Assembly: GCA_963789395.1 (NCBI GenBank) | Contig: CAWBKP010000005.1 | Location: 32,001 to 96,000 of the forward strand | Length of the DNA: 64,000 bases | DNA from: an uncultured delta proteobacterium | GTDB taxonomy: Bacteria; Desulfobacterota; Desulfobacteria; Desulfobacterales; Desulfatirhabdiaceae | Reading direction: 5' to 3' | Shown: positions 41,153-54,943 of the stretch, one piece after another | Layout: each line of letters opens with the position of its first letter | How positions within the stretch are numbered: position 1 is the first letter of the stretch | The notes under the pieces: generated by a model | What the model was told of the DNA's origin: nothing | The model's input: the letters and a program-made list of their open reading frames with translations, nothing else | The model's database searches: none | Made by a program: the position numbers and the translations under genes

Positions 41153-42172
41153 ATGAAATTACAAAAGTTATGGGTATGGGTATCCGTTGCTGTCATGGTC
41201 CTTGGCGCAGGCATTGCCACCGCAGGCACACTGGATGACGTCAAGGCCAAGGGATTTGTTCAGGTTGGCGTCAACGGCCAGTTGGCTGGATTCGGCATTC
41301 CCGATGAAAAAGGGGAATGGAAAGGGCTGGACGTGGATACCGGACGGGCAATTGCCGCGGCGGTATTCGGAGATGCCAAAAAAATCAAGTTTGTTCCGCT
41401 GACCGCCGTTCAGCGCTTTACGGCGCTTCAGTCCGGCGAAATCGATGTTCTGTGCCGTAACGCCACCATGACGCTGACCCGTGACACCTCCCTGGGTCTT
41501 GATTTTGCCCAGGTCAATTATTATGACGGACAGGGCTTTCTGGTTCCGAAAAAATTGAACATCAAAAGCGCCAAACAGCTGGATGGCGCAACGGTCTGCG
41601 TTCTTCCCGGAACGACCACCGAACAGAATGTCGCGGATTATTTCCGCTCCAAAAACATGAAAATGAAACCCGTTGTCATTGAAAACAACGCCGAACTGAA
41701 TAAAGCATTTTTTGCCGGCCGCTGCGACTGCCTGACATCGGATGCCTCACAGCTGGCCGGCGCCAGGTCCGTGGCGCCGAATCCTTCAGATTACATCATT
41801 TTACCTGAAATCATTTCCAAAGAACCCCTGGCGCCGGCTGTCCGTCATGGCGACAACCAGTGGAAAGATGTTGTCAACTGGACAGTTATGGCCATGATTG
41901 AAGCCGAGGAACTGGGCATTACCTCAAAAAATGTGGATGAAATGCTTAAAAGCACGAATCCTTCTGTTCAGCGGTTTTTGGGAGTCGTCCCCGGAAACGG
42001 GAAAGCCCTGGGGCTGGAAGAAAATTTTGCCTACAATATCGTCAAACAGGTCGGCAATTACGCCGAAGTGTTTGATCGCAATGTCGGCCCCAAAACGCCA
42101 TTGGCTCTGGAACGCGGCCTGAACGCGCTGTGGATTAACGGCGGGCTGATGTATTCATCCCCGTTCAAATAA
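41153..42172 (+). CDS. aapJ: general L-amino acid ABC transporter substrate-binding protein (AapJ/BztA)
   Basis: RFTALQSGEIDVL, YYDGQGF, ISKEPLAP, VGNYAE..RN. Confidence 0.9.
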   Translation: MKLQKLWVWVSVAVMVLGAGIATAGTLDDVKAKGFVQVGVNGQLAGFGIPDEKGEWKGLDVDTGRAIAAAVFGDAKKIKFVPLTAVQRFTALQSGEIDVLCRNATMTLTRDTSLGLDFAQVNYYDGQGFLVPKKLNIKSAKQLDGATVCVLPGTTTEQNVADYFRSKNMKMKPVVIENNAELNKAFFAGRCDCLTSDASQLAGARSVAPNPSDYIILPEIISKEPLAPAVRHGDNQWKDVVNWTVMAMIEAEELGITSKNVDEMLKSTNPSVQRFLGVVPGNGKALGLEENFAYNIVKQVGNYAEVFDRNVGPKTPLALERGLNALWINGGLMYSSPFK

Positions 42173-42196
42173 GAACGACCGAATTTTTACCGTCAT

Positions 42197-42232
42197 CTTC
42201 TTGTGCAGGGAGCGCACTCCCTGCACAAGAAG
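42197..42232 (+). other. intercistronic stem-loop after the binding-protein gene
   Basis: 16-bp perfect stem CTTCTTGTGCAGGGAG/CTCCCTGCACAAGAAG with no U-tract. Confidence 0.7.
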
Positions 42233-42345
42233 CAACGGGATATTGCCCGAAATGATTACCGAGAAAGGATCCCTGGAAGCACAGGCTGCATTCAGGACAC
42301 CGGTGAATTCCAGAAATTTTCATTGACTGACTAAAACCCACTTTT

Positions 42346-43542
42346 ATGAATCTGGACACTTCCTTGCCATCCAAGAAAGAATCGGAAAATTCCATTCCTT
42401 TCTGGCATGACCCCGCCAAGAGAGCCATTGTGTATCAATTGGCAACCCTTGTCGTGGTCGGCCTCATCGGCTACTATCTTTTTTCCAATACCGTGACAAA
42501 CCTTCACCGGCAGTCCATTGCAACCGGTTTCCATTTTCTGGAAAAAGAAGCCTCTTTTGAGATCGGAGAGTCGCTGATCCGCTATTCCGCGGCCAGCACC
42601 TATGCCAGAGCCCTGCTCGTCGGCATCCTGAATACCCTTAAGGTTGCTTTTGTGGGAATTGTCCTGACGATCCTGCTGGGAACATTCGTGGGCGTTGCCA
42701 GGCTGTCCTCAAATTGGCTGGTTTCCAGGCTGGCCGCCGCTTACATTGAATTCTTCCAGGATATCCCCATACTGCTTCAACTGATCTTCTGGTATGCTGT
42801 TTTTTACGATTCGCTCCCCTCTCCCCGAAATGCGCTGGAGCCGCTTCCAGGCATGTTTCTCTGCAACAGGGGACTGGCCTTTGGCATCCCCGAGCCCCAC
42901 CCGGCATACAGATATATCGCCATTGCATTTCTGATTGGATGCTTGGGTGTATATTTTCTTCGAAAATGGGCAAGGAAAAGGCAGGATCGGACCGGACTGG
43001 CCTTTCCGGTGTTCAGTACGGGATCCGCTATGTTACTGGGATTTCCCCTGATCATCTGGCTTGTTTTCGGAGCCCCGACCGCCATGGACATGCCCCGGCT
43101 TTCCGGCTTCAATTTTACCGGCGGAATGAATGTCAGTCCGGAATTTACCGCGCTGCTTCTGGGACTGGTGCTTTATACCGCCGCTTTTGTGGCGGAAATC
43201 GTCCGGTCCGGGATTCAGGCGGTCAGCAAGGGGCAAACCGAGGCAGCCATGTCCCTGGGATTAAAACCCTGGCAAACCCTGAATCTTGTCATCCTTCCCC
43301 AGTCGCTTCGCATCATCGTTCCGCCTTTGACCAGCCAGATGCTCAATCTCACCAAAAACAGCTCCCTGGCCGTTGCCATCGGTTTTCCGGATTTTGTTTC
43401 CGTCGCCAACACCACCATTAATCAGACCGGACAGGCCATCGAGGGCGTTGCGCTGATCATGGTGGTATATCTTATTTTCAGTCTTGTCACCTCGGCATTC
43501 ATGAACTGGTACAATAAAAAAATCGCACTGGTCGAACGATGA
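42346..43542 (+). CDS. aapQ: amino acid ABC permease (AapQ/BztB)
   Basis: AEIVRSGIQAV..GQTEAA, LTKNSSLAVAIG. Confidence 0.88.
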   Translation: MNLDTSLPSKKESENSIPFWHDPAKRAIVYQLATLVVVGLIGYYLFSNTVTNLHRQSIATGFHFLEKEASFEIGESLIRYSAASTYARALLVGILNTLKVAFVGIVLTILLGTFVGVARLSSNWLVSRLAAAYIEFFQDIPILLQLIFWYAVFYDSLPSPRNALEPLPGMFLCNRGLAFGIPEPHPAYRYIAIAFLIGCLGVYFLRKWARKRQDRTGLAFPVFSTGSAMLLGFPLIIWLVFGAPTAMDMPRLSGFNFTGGMNVSPEFTALLLGLVLYTAAFVAEIVRSGIQAVSKGQTEAAMSLGLKPWQTLNLVILPQSLRIIVPPLTSQMLNLTKNSSLAVAIGFPDFVSVANTTINQTGQAIEGVALIMVVYLIFSLVTSAFMNWYNKKIALVER

Positions 43543-43578
43543 TTATTTACCTGGCGCCAAACCTGACACGGATCTCGA

Positions 43579-44682
43579 ATGATGCAGCATTCCAATACAA
43601 TCCCTGAATGGTCAGACAGACGACATCAAGCCTCCTTTAACCAGCATCGGGGTTATCGGATGGATGAAATCGAATCTGTTTAACGGCATTTTCAATTCGG
43701 TGCTGACCATTCTGACGCTTTTTTTCCTGTGGAAAATTCTTCCGCCACTGATCCGGTGGATTTTTGTAAACAGCCTGTGGACATCCACTGCCGCGGAATG
43801 CCGATCCGTGAACGGCGCCTGCTGGTCCATCATTTCAGCAAACTACCGCTTCATCCTGTTCGGGTTTTTCCCTCATGAACTGCAGTGGCGCCCCCTATTG
43901 GCCATGATTCTGCTGGTCAGCCTGCTGCTGATCAGCAGAAATCGGAAATTCTGGAAACGGCCCCTTTTCTATGCCTGGATCGCGGGTCTTTTGTGCCATG
44001 GCCGTCCTGATGAAAGGAGGGATTCTGGGACTTGCTCCGGTTGAAAGCACGCAGTGGGGGGGGCTTCCCCTGACCTTTCTTCTGGCGGTTTTCGGACTGA
44101 CCGCCGCCTATCCGCTGGGGGTTTTGCTGGCGCTTGGCAGAAGATCCAAAATGCCGGCCATAAAAATGCTCAGCATTATTTATATCGAAATGATCCGCGG
44201 GGTTCCCCTGATCAGCCTGCTCTTTATGTCGGCAGTCATTTTTCCGCTGTTTTTACCCGAAGGCATCACCATCAACAAGATTCTGCGGGCGCAGGTCGCC
44301 ATTATCATGTTTACGGCCGCCTACATCGCCGAAGTGGTTCGCGGCGGTCTTCAGGGAATCGCCAGGGGCCAGTATGAGGCGGCAGAATCCCTGGGGCTGA
44401 ATTATGTCCAGACCATGCGCCTGATCATTCTTCCCCAGGCCCTGAAAATCGTTATTCCGCCGTCTGTCAGCATCCTGATTTCCGCGTTCAAGGATACGTC
44501 CCTGGTGGTCATCATCGGCTTATATGATATTCTCAAAACAACACAGACCACATTGGCCAATCCGAACTGGATGGGATTTTCCACGGAAGCTTTTTTTTCC
44601 TGGCCTGCATTTATTTTATATGCTGTTATACCATGTCCAATTACAGCAGAAAGCTGGAAAAAGAACTGGAGACATCATTATG
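43579..44682 (+). CDS. aapM: amino acid ABC permease (AapM/BztC); frameshifted
   Basis: GACW, WGGLPLT, IRGVPLI, AEVVRGGLQ..GQYEAA, FKDTSLV. Confidence 0.85.
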
Positions 44683-44832
44683 AAACACATGCCATCGGCA
44701 GCAGTCCAGTGACTAGACAGATAGTATGAAATTGACCCATTAATTCATTCACATGTTTTGCTGAATGCCGGCATGGCAATTCATATTTGTTAGATTACGG
44801 AGCGTTCATGAATACAACCCCCTGCAACCGCT

Positions 44833-45582
44833 ATGAATCTGCCTGAATCCGGTGACGTCATAGAAATCATTGATATGCACAAATGGTATGGTGATTTTCA
44901 TGTCCTGCGGGGCATCAACCTGACCATACGAAAGGGAGAGCGGATCGTCATCTGCGGTCCGTCGGGTTCAGGCAAATCCACGCTGATCCGCTGCATCAAC
45001 CGGCTGGAAGAGCATCAGCGGGGGAAAATTATTGTGGACGGCACGGAGCTGACCAGCGATATTAAAAATATTGAAAAGATACGGACTGAAGTGGGCATGG
45101 TTTTTCAGCATTTCAATTTGTTTCCCCACCTGACCATTCTGGAAAACCTGACCCTGGGTCCTATTTGGGTACGAAAAATCCCCAGAATCGAAGCAGAAAA
45201 AACAGCCATGTATTATCTGGAAAAAGTCCATATCGCGGAACAGGCCAGAAAATTTCCGGGACAGCTTTCCGGAGGTCAGCAGCAGCGCGTGGCCATTGCC
45301 AGAAGTCTTTGCATGAAACCCAATATCATGCTGTTTGATGAACCCACCTCCGCCCTGGACCCTGAAATGGTCAAGGAAGTTCTGGATGTCATGATCAGCC
45401 TGGCCCAGGAAGGGATGACCATGATCGTGGTATCCCATGAAATGGGTTTTGCCAAAAGCGTCGCGCACCGGGTACTCTTCATGGATTTTGGCCAGATTGT
45501 GGAATCCAACACCCCGGAAGCGTTTTTTGAAAATCCGCAAAATGACCGCACCAAACTGTTTCTCAGTCAGATTCTGCACTGA
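44833..45582 (+). CDS. aapP: amino acid ABC transporter ATP-binding protein (AapP/BztD)
   Basis: [25 protein letters not shown]. Confidence 0.92.
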   Translation: MNLPESGDVIEIIDMHKWYGDFHVLRGINLTIRKGERIVICGPSGSGKSTLIRCINRLEEHQRGKIIVDGTELTSDIKNIEKIRTEVGMVFQHFNLFPHLTILENLTLGPIWVRKIPRIEAEKTAMYYLEKVHIAEQARKFPGQLSGGQQQRVAIARSLCMKPNIMLFDEPTSALDPEMVKEVLDVMISLAQEGMTMIVVSHEMGFAKSVAHRVLFMDFGQIVESNTPEAFFENPQNDRTKLFLSQILH

Positions 45583-45687
45583 CCCTTGTCTGATTGCTTC
45601 AGACCAAGATTTGGGCTATCATACGCTTGCATTGCTGGTAGAAGGTGGGCCACCACCTCATGTCTGCAATTAATTTAAAGGATTTCA

Positions 45688-46694
45688 ATGGCATTAAACT
45701 GGTTCAAGAAAAACAAGGACACTGAAGATTCGCTTTTGCCGGAGAAGGATAAAACTGCTCCATCGCCGCCGGCTGTCCCGTTGCCTTCCCGCGGCCTGTT
45801 TCAGAGACTCAAAGACGGTCTTTCGAGAACCCGTCAGGTTCTGACCACGGACATCGACAAATTGTTTATCGGAAAGCGTCAGATAGATGATGCACTGCTG
45901 GAAGAATTGGAAGAGATTCTGATTACCGCAGATATCGGGGTCAAAACCACAACCGATTTGATTCAGCGCATATCCGTAAAATTTTCTTCAGAGAAACTGG
46001 ATTCCGACGGATTCAAAAATGCCCTCAAGCAGGAAATACTGGAATTATTGAATGTACAGGCACTGTTCCGGATACGGTTTCCAAGCCCCTTGTCATCATG
46101 GTCGTCGGGGTCAACGGCGTTGGAAAAACCACCACCATCGGCAAACTGGCCGCACAGTTTGCCGCATGACGGGAAAAAAGTATTGATTGCCGCCGCTGAT
46201 ACTTTCAGGGCTGCTGCCGTTGAACAATTGACCATATGGGCGGAGCGTTCCGGTGCTGAAATTGTCAGGCATAAATCCAATGCGGATCCCGCGGCTGTTG
46301 CCTTTGACGGCGTTGAAGCCGCAATGGCTCGAGATATGGACGTGGTTATCATTGATACAGCCGGAAGGCTGCATACGCGCATCAACCTGATGGAGGAACT
46401 GAAAAAAATCAGAAGATCCGTTTCCAAAAGAAATCCCGGATGCACCGCATGAAACGCTTCTTGATCCTGGATGCGACAACCGGACAAAATGCCATTTCAC
46501 AAGCACGATTGTTTCATGAATCCATCGGGGTGACTGCGCTGGCGCTTACCAAACTGGATGGAACCGCAAAAGGCGGAATCGTGGTCAGTATCTGTCATGA
46601 TCTGAAACTTCCGTTGAAATATATCGGGATTGGGGAAAATATTGAGGATCTTCAGTTGTTTAATTCCGAAGAATTTGTGAATGCCTTATTTTAA
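45688..46694 (+). CDS. ftsY: signal recognition particle receptor FtsY; frameshifted
   Basis: GVNGVGKTTT in shifted frame, DTFRAAA, DTAGR, TKLDGTAKGG. Confidence 0.93.
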
Positions 46695-46871
46695 GTGCAT
46701 TGTCCTGAATCCGCAGATTTTTTATTGAAATATCGATTTTTTTTACATTTTGAAGTCATTAACTGTTGACAAACAACGATTTTCTGTTGACATCGCCTGC
46801 AGTGTTCTGTAAACACTGCAAATAATCAGGTTCATGAACTACAAACAATCTAAAATGGGGGGCAAGAAGCA

Positions 46872-47147
46872 ATGACAAAATCAGATTTGGTTGACAAGAT
46901 GGCTCTGGATGCGGGAATTACCAAGGCTGCCGCTGGCGCAGCACTCAATTCCTTCATGGACGGGATCGGCAAGGCGCTTAAGGACAAAAAAGATGGCAAG
47001 GTAACGCTGGTGGGTTTTGGAACATTTTTGAAAACCACACGCAAAGCCCGCAAAGGTCGCAATCCCCGAACCGGAGAAGCCATTAAAATCAAAAAGAGCA
47101 ATGTGGTCAAGTTCCGCCCCGGAAAAAAACTCAAGGATGGGATATAA
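46872..47147 (+). CDS. hup: DNA-binding protein HU
   Basis: MTKSDLV, LVGFGTF, GRNPRTGE, FRPGKKLKD. Confidence 0.92.
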   Translation: MTKSDLVDKMALDAGITKAAAGAALNSFMDGIGKALKDKKDGKVTLVGFGTFLKTTRKARKGRNPRTGEAIKIKKSNVVKFRPGKKLKDGI

Positions 47148-47233
47148 TACCGACTAATTCTTTATTGAATCATTCACCGCAGGAACTGCTGCATCCCCTG
47201 TAACCTCACAAAGCCTGCGGTGAAATCAATCTT

Positions 47234-47516
47234 CTAAAAGACAATATCAAACCGATCGAAGTCGCCCATGTAGGTTTCCCACGTCACATCCACATGGTGA
47301 ACCCTTGAAAAGGGTGAGCCCTGCCGGCACCATTCCAGCATGGCCTTCACAGAGGGCTCATCTCCTTCAAACAACGCTTCTACCGACCCGTCCGGTCGGT
47401 TTCTGACCCATCCCAGCACATTTCTTTGCTTGGCGGCAGCGCTGGGTTTCCGCCCTGAAATATACGCCCTGAACCTTTCCGGTAATCACCACCTTTGCTC
47501 TGACCTGTTTTGTCAT
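47234..47516 (-). CDS. acyP: acylphosphatase; frameshifted
   Basis: GKVQGVYFR (manual translation) plus GWVRNRPDGSVEA. Confidence 0.9.
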
Positions 47517-47613
47517 AACCCATCCTTAAATTGCAGGGAATCTGAAATGCCAGAAGAACGCTTTCGCTATGGCAGAAGAAAAGAAAACACAGCAGCCTGC
47601 CCACATGCGGATT

Positions 47614-49699
<2,086 letters not shown>

Positions 49700-49722
49700 G
49701 ATTTTCAGATCCCAAAGCCGGA

Positions 49723-50430
49723 CTAAAGCCCCAGATAGGCTTTCTTGACGGCTTCATTGCTCAGAAGGTTCGGGGCGGAATCGCACATCGTGATGGCGCC
49801 GTTTTCCATGACATAGCCCCTGTGAGCCACTTTAAGGGCCAGATTGGCATTCTGCTCCACCAAAAAAATGGTGGTGTTGTTTTCCGCATTGATTTTCTTG
49901 ATAATTTCAAAAATCTGGCGAACAATCAGGGGCGCAAGCCCCAGAGAGGGTTCATCCAGCAGCAGCAGCTTCGGTCTGGCCATCAGCGCCCGGGATATGG
50001 CCAGCATCTGCTGCTCGCCGCCGCTGAGCGTTCCGCCTGCCTGATGCCTTCTTTTGGAAAGAATCGGAAACAAGTCCCAGATATAGGAGAGATCTTTTCG
50101 AATATTGTCCTTGTCTTTCCGTAAAAAAGTGCCCATATCGAGGTTTTCCGCAACCGTCAGATAGGGGAATATCCTGCGACCTTCCGGAACCTGACTGATT
50201 CCCAGAAAGACAATCTTTTCCGGGCTCATTCCGTGAATGGGCTTTCCCTTGAAGACGATTTCTCCCTGCCTCGGCGGAACAAGTCCGGAAATGGACATCA
50301 GGGTGGTGGTTTTGCCGGCGCCGTTTGCACCGATCAAGGTAATGATTTCCCCTTCGGCAACCTCCATGCTGATGTTCTTCAGGGCCTGAATATTGCCGTA
50401 ATACGTTGAAACGCCATTTACCCTAAGCAT
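49723..50430 (-). CDS. livF: branched-chain amino acid ABC ATP-binding protein
   Basis: GANGAGKT, LSGGEQQM, LDEPSLGLAP. Confidence 0.93.
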   Translation of the reverse strand: MLRVNGVSTYYGNIQALKNISMEVAEGEIITLIGANGAGKTTTLMSISGLVPPRQGEIVFKGKPIHGMSPEKIVFLGISQVPEGRRIFPYLTVAENLDMGTFLRKDKDNIRKDLSYIWDLFPILSKRRHQAGGTLSGGEQQMLAISRALMARPKLLLLDEPSLGLAPLIVRQIFEIIKKINAENNTTIFLVEQNANLALKVAHRGYVMENGAITMCDSAPNLLSNEAVKKAYLGL

Positions 50431-51223
50431 CAATTTCTTCTCCAAGATAAGCCTTGATCACCACGGGATTGTTGCGGATTTCTTCAGGGGTTCCCTGTGC
50501 GATCTTCTTTCCATAATCCATGACAAATATCCGGTCCGATAAACTCATGACGAGTTTCATGTCATGTTCAATCAACAGAATGGAAACCCCTTCCTCATCC
50601 CGAATCCGCGTGATCAGATCGTCCAGTTCAAGCGTTTCCTGGGGATTCATTCCTGCCGCCGGTTCATCCAGGAGAATCAAGAAAGGTTCCGTGGCCAGAG
50701 CCCTGGCGATTTCAAGGCGCCGCTGCGCGCCATAAGGAAGATTCTTGGCCTGATCATTGACATACCTGGCAAGCCCGATTTTTTCCAGAATCCGGTAGCT
50801 GTCATCCACAACAGCCTGTTCTTCCCTGACCATGGCCCGGTTGCGGAATATGGCGCCGGCCACCCCGGAATGGGTCCGGCAGTGCCTGCCGATCATCACA
50901 TTTTCCAGAACCGTCATGTTCGGAAACAGACGGATGTTCTGAAACGTGCGGGCCATGCCTTTTTCGGTTACCTGGTTGGGCTTTAATCCGTTGATCCGTT
51001 CGCGTTTTTGCGCACCTGCGGCCCTGGGGGAAGAAATGAGAATATCCCCTTCGGTTGGCGAATAAATACCGGTAATGCAGTTGAAAAAAGTGGTTTTGCC
51101 GGCCCCGTTGGGACCGATCAGCGCAACGATTTCACCCCTTCGGATATCGATGTTCAGATGATCCAGGGCACGAAGTCCGCCAAAATCCATCGTCAGGTTG
51201 TTTACTTCAAGTATGGTTTCCAT
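50423..51223 (-). CDS. livG: branched-chain amino acid ABC ATP-binding protein
   Basis: GPNGAGKT, LPYGAQRR, LDEPAAG, VIKAYLG. Confidence 0.93.
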   Translation of the reverse strand: METILEVNNLTMDFGGLRALDHLNIDIRRGEIVALIGPNGAGKTTFFNCITGIYSPTEGDILISSPRAAGAQKRERINGLKPNQVTEKGMARTFQNIRLFPNMTVLENVMIGRHCRTHSGVAGAIFRNRAMVREEQAVVDDSYRILEKIGLARYVNDQAKNLPYGAQRRLEIARALATEPFLILLDEPAAGMNPQETLELDDLITRIRDEEGVSILLIEHDMKLVMSLSDRIFVMDYGKKIAQGTPEEIRNNPVVIKAYLGEEIDA

Positions 51224-51249
51224 CAGCCTATCATTAAGGTAGTCATCAG

Positions 51250-52535
51250 TCAGAAGTGGAAAGCGACACGGAAACCGGTGTCCGATCTTCCATCCGTTTT
51301 CTTGACTGGAGCATGCGCATCAAGGATGTTATCGGGCTGGAACTTATAACTTCGGCGAACATTGGCGACGATCCCCTGAGGGCGAAAAACCATCATCAGG
51401 ACCATGATGGCCCCGAAAATCAGCATTCTGTATTCGGAAAACGCCCTGAGGTATTCGGGAAGAAGGATCAGGATCAGGGCCGCGATGGCAACGCCGACAA
51501 TGGAGCCCATTCCCCCCAGAACGACAATGGCCAGTATCATCGCCGATTCCAGAAAAGTGAAACTGGCAGGATTGATAAACGTTGTTTTGGCGGCAAAGAT
51601 GACCCCAACCATTCCGGCCCAGGTGGCGCCAAGGGCAAAAGCCGTCAGCTTGGTCCGGGTTTTATCGATTCCCATGGCCTGACAGGCCACTTCGTCCTCT
51701 CTTAAGGCGATCCATGCGCGCCCGATTCGGGAATTCTGCAACCGGTTGACAACAAAAATGGTAAACAGGACCATGCCGATCATCACAAAATACAAATAGA
51801 TGATGGAACTGGAAAGAGACAGTTGAATGCCGAACAGGGAAGGCCTGGAAATATGGGCAATGCCGCTGGGTCCGAATGAAAATTCGTTCCAGTTTTCCAG
51901 AATCAGGCGAATGATTTCTCCAAAACCAAGGGTGACGATGGCCAGGTAATCCCCCCGCAGGCGCAATACCGGAAAGCCCAGAAGAATCCCGAAAAAAGCC
52001 CCCATCACCGCACCCATCGGCAGCACGATCCAGAACCCCAATCCGAAATGGTGATTCAAAAGGCCATAGGTGTAAGCGCCGACCGCATAAAAGGCGACAT
52101 ATCCCAGATCCAGAAGTCCGGCAAGCCCGACAACGATATTCAGCCCCAGCCCCAGCACGATGTACATGAGCGCCGTGATCATGATATTGGTCTGATAGGT
52201 ATCCATCACAAAAGGAAAGATCACCACAAAACCGATGCCGGCAACAAAAGCCGGAATGGCGTATCTGCGATCTGACAGGATCCGCTGGAAAAACGATGGC
52301 GCGTCTGCGCTGCCGGTACTCGCCATCTTTTTTTCCGATTTCTTTTCGCCAGAGCAGATACCGCCAGACAAAAGAAAGCAGAAAGCTTCCGATGCCGACA
52401 TAAACCATGTTTTCCCACCGCCACAGCACCAGCTTTTCCGTGGTATTGACCCGAATGACCATGATCGGAAAGGTCAGAAACATGAACCAGAGAGACACCA
52501 GAAGCCGATTTTTTTATTTCAGATAAAGTTGGCAT
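51250..52535 (-). CDS. livM: branched-chain amino acid ABC permease; frameshifted near N-terminus
   Basis: GLLDLGYVAFYAVGAY, RLRGDYLAIVTLGFGEI. Confidence 0.92.
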
Positions 52536-52600
52536 AATATTATGATAGATTGAGCGGTTCAGGGATTGAAACGATAATCAAATTCACCAATTCCTGGATC

Positions 52601-53503
52601 CTAAACTTTTTGCGTGGTTGATCTTCCCAGAAGCCCCGCAGGTCTGAAAATCAGAATCAAAACCAGCAGCGCAAACGCAAAAACATCTTCATAGTCACTG
52701 GACACATAGCCGGTTGCAAAGCTTTCGGTCAGACCCAGAATCAGACTGCCCAGCACCGCGCCGGGAATGCTTCCGATGCCTCCCAGAACCGCTGCGGTAA
52801 ATGCCTTGATTCCCGCAATAAAGCCGATGAAAAAATTGATCTGTCCGATGTGGGATGCAATCAATACGCCGCCAACCGCTGCCAGGGCAGATCCGATGAC
52901 AAACGTCATGGAAATCACCTGATTGACATTGACGCCGACCAGCATGGCCATGCTGCGGTCCTGGGCCGTTGCCCGCATGGCCTTTCCGATTCTGGTATAT
53001 TTGATCAGCAGCGTCAGCAGCACCATGATAACCGTGGTTGTAAGCAGGATGACAAGTTGCGTGGATCGAAGGATGTGGGAATAGGGTTCCCAGAATTCAA
53101 AATCAGGAATCAGGCTGGGAAACGGCAGAAAATCCGATGTCTGGGCAAGAAGAACATAGTTTTGAAGAAAAATGGACATCCCGATGGCGCTGATCAGGGG
53201 AGAGAGACGCGGGGCATGGCGAAGGGGTTTATAGGCGATTTTTTCAACCGTATACCCGTAAGCCGCGGCATACACCGCTGCCGCAATCGAGGCCAGAACC
53301 AGAATCGCAAATTGATTCAATCCCATGACCGTCAGAACGCTGGCCACGATGAGTGCCGTGAAAGCACCGATCATGTAGATTTCGCCGTGGGCAAAATTGA
53401 TGAGTTCGATGATTCCATAGACCATGGTATAGCCAAGGGCGATCAGCGCGTAAATGCTGCCACGCGTCAGGCCGCCCAGAAAAAGCTCAAAGAAATATTC
53501 CAT
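52601..53503 (-). CDS. livH: branched-chain amino acid ABC permease
   Basis: YALIALGYTMVYG...NFAHGE, KAFTAAVLGGIG. Confidence 0.93.
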   Translation of the reverse strand: MEYFFELFLGGLTRGSIYALIALGYTMVYGIIELINFAHGEIYMIGAFTALIVASVLTVMGLNQFAILVLASIAAAVYAAAYGYTVEKIAYKPLRHAPRLSPLISAIGMSIFLQNYVLLAQTSDFLPFPSLIPDFEFWEPYSHILRSTQLVILLTTTVIMVLLTLLIKYTRIGKAMRATAQDRSMAMLVGVNVNQVISMTFVIGSALAAVGGVLIASHIGQINFFIGFIAGIKAFTAAVLGGIGSIPGAVLGSLILGLTESFATGYVSSDYEDVFAFALLVLILIFRPAGLLGRSTTQKV

Positions 53504-53564
53504 TGATATTCAGCCTGCTCCCTGTTGAACCGGCACCGAAAAACCATTCACCTGGACATGGGTA

Positions 53565-53602
53565 AAAAACAGGGGGCAGGTATCGGCCGTACCTGTCCCC
53601 TG
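53565..53602 (-). terminator. stem-loop/partial terminator after livK
   Basis: CAGGGGCAGGTA/TACCTGTCCCCTG stem with an adjacent A-run. Confidence 0.6.
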
Positions 53603-53624
53603 AGATATTCAACAATTCAGATGG

Positions 53625-54761
53625 TTATTTCTTCAACTCAACATATTTTCCGTCCTTGACCTGATAAATCGAGAATCCCACGCCGATGGCATCCCCGCGA
53701 TCGTCAAATTTGATTTTTCCGAGCGGCGTATCCACATAATCGGTCCGCAGGGCCTTGACGATGGCATCGTAATCGGTCGATCCTGCTTTCTGAATGGCGT
53801 TCAAAAGCGCCTGAGTGGCTGCATATCCATTGATGGAAAACACGCCCACATCTTCGCCGTATGCTTTTTTATAGGCTTCTTTTACAGCTTTATCCATCGG
53901 ATTGCTTGAGGTGTCTTTGGGGCCGGTTGCATAGACGCCTTCTGCATATTTCCCGGCAACTTTGATAAAGGTTTCGTCCTTAACACCGTCATCAGAAATA
54001 AAAACCGTTTTCATCTTGCTTTTTCGCATCTCGCTGACAATTTTTGAGGCTTCCGGGTGATATCCGCCGAAAATAACCGCTTCAGCACCGCTTCTCTTGA
54101 TCTTGTTGACAACTGAAGAATAATCCACAGCTCCGGGGGTTATCCCCTCGAAAAGGACAACCTGGCCTTTTCCGGATTTTTCAATGAATGTTTTTGCATA
54201 TTCAGCCAGACCTTTTCCATAATCGCCTTTATCATGAAGCACGGCAATTTTTTTGAGCTTCAGGGTATCCAGGGCAAAATCGACTTCCAGCTTGGCCTGG
54301 GCATCATCGGAGGCGATGGTCCGGAAAAAATTGGGGTATTTTCCGCTCTGGGTAAGGTCCGGATTCGTAGCAGAAGCTGAAATGGCAACAATCTTGGCGT
54401 CTTTATAAATATCCAGAGCCGCTTTTGTCGCACCGCTGCAGACATGACCCACAACCGCAACCACGCCATCGGATACCAGCTTGGTTGCCGTATTGGTGGC
54501 CACTTCCGGCTTACACACATCATCTTCTGCAATGACTTCAACCTGTTTTCCCAGGATTCCGCCCTTGGCATTCACATCCTCGACCACCAGCTTGGCTGCC
54601 TTGACAATCGGCAGTCCATAAGAGGCCAGATCCCCGCTGTGAGCGCCGCCAATACCGATTTTGATGGTATCGGCTGCAACGCCGGACCCTGTAAATGCCA
54701 GCACCATCAGCCCTGCAACGATGGCGGTAATGAGCCGCTTATTCATGGAATTTTTCTTCAT
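53625..54761 (-). CDS. livK: branched-chain amino acid ABC substrate-binding protein
   Basis: EDDVCKP, VVGHVCSG, HDKGDYGKGLA, FGGYHPE. Confidence 0.9.
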   Translation of the reverse strand: MKKNSMNKRLITAIVAGLMVLAFTGSGVAADTIKIGIGGAHSGDLASYGLPIVKAAKLVVEDVNAKGGILGKQVEVIAEDDVCKPEVATNTATKLVSDGVVAVVGHVCSGATKAALDIYKDAKIVAISASATNPDLTQSGKYPNFFRTIASDDAQAKLEVDFALDTLKLKKIAVLHDKGDYGKGLAEYAKTFIEKSGKGQVVLFEGITPGAVDYSSVVNKIKRSGAEAVIFGGYHPEASKIVSEMRKSKMKTVFISDDGVKDETFIKVAGKYAEGVYATGPKDTSSNPMDKAVKEAYKKAYGEDVGVFSINGYAATQALLNAIQKAGSTDYDAIVKALRTDYVDTPLGKIKFDDRGDAIGVGFSIYQVKDGKYVELKK

Positions 54762-54943
54762 AACCCCTGTCCTCCTTTTTAAATTGTTATGATATTAAAT
54801 ACTTCACTATGAATTTCTTATAATAAAAACCGTCGAAATGAGTCAAGACAAAAGAATTTGCTTTTTGGCTTGGAATTCATTAAAATCTTATGAAAATCAT
54901 GATGGATATTTTAGGTGAATCAACTCAGAGGCCATTGAATCTC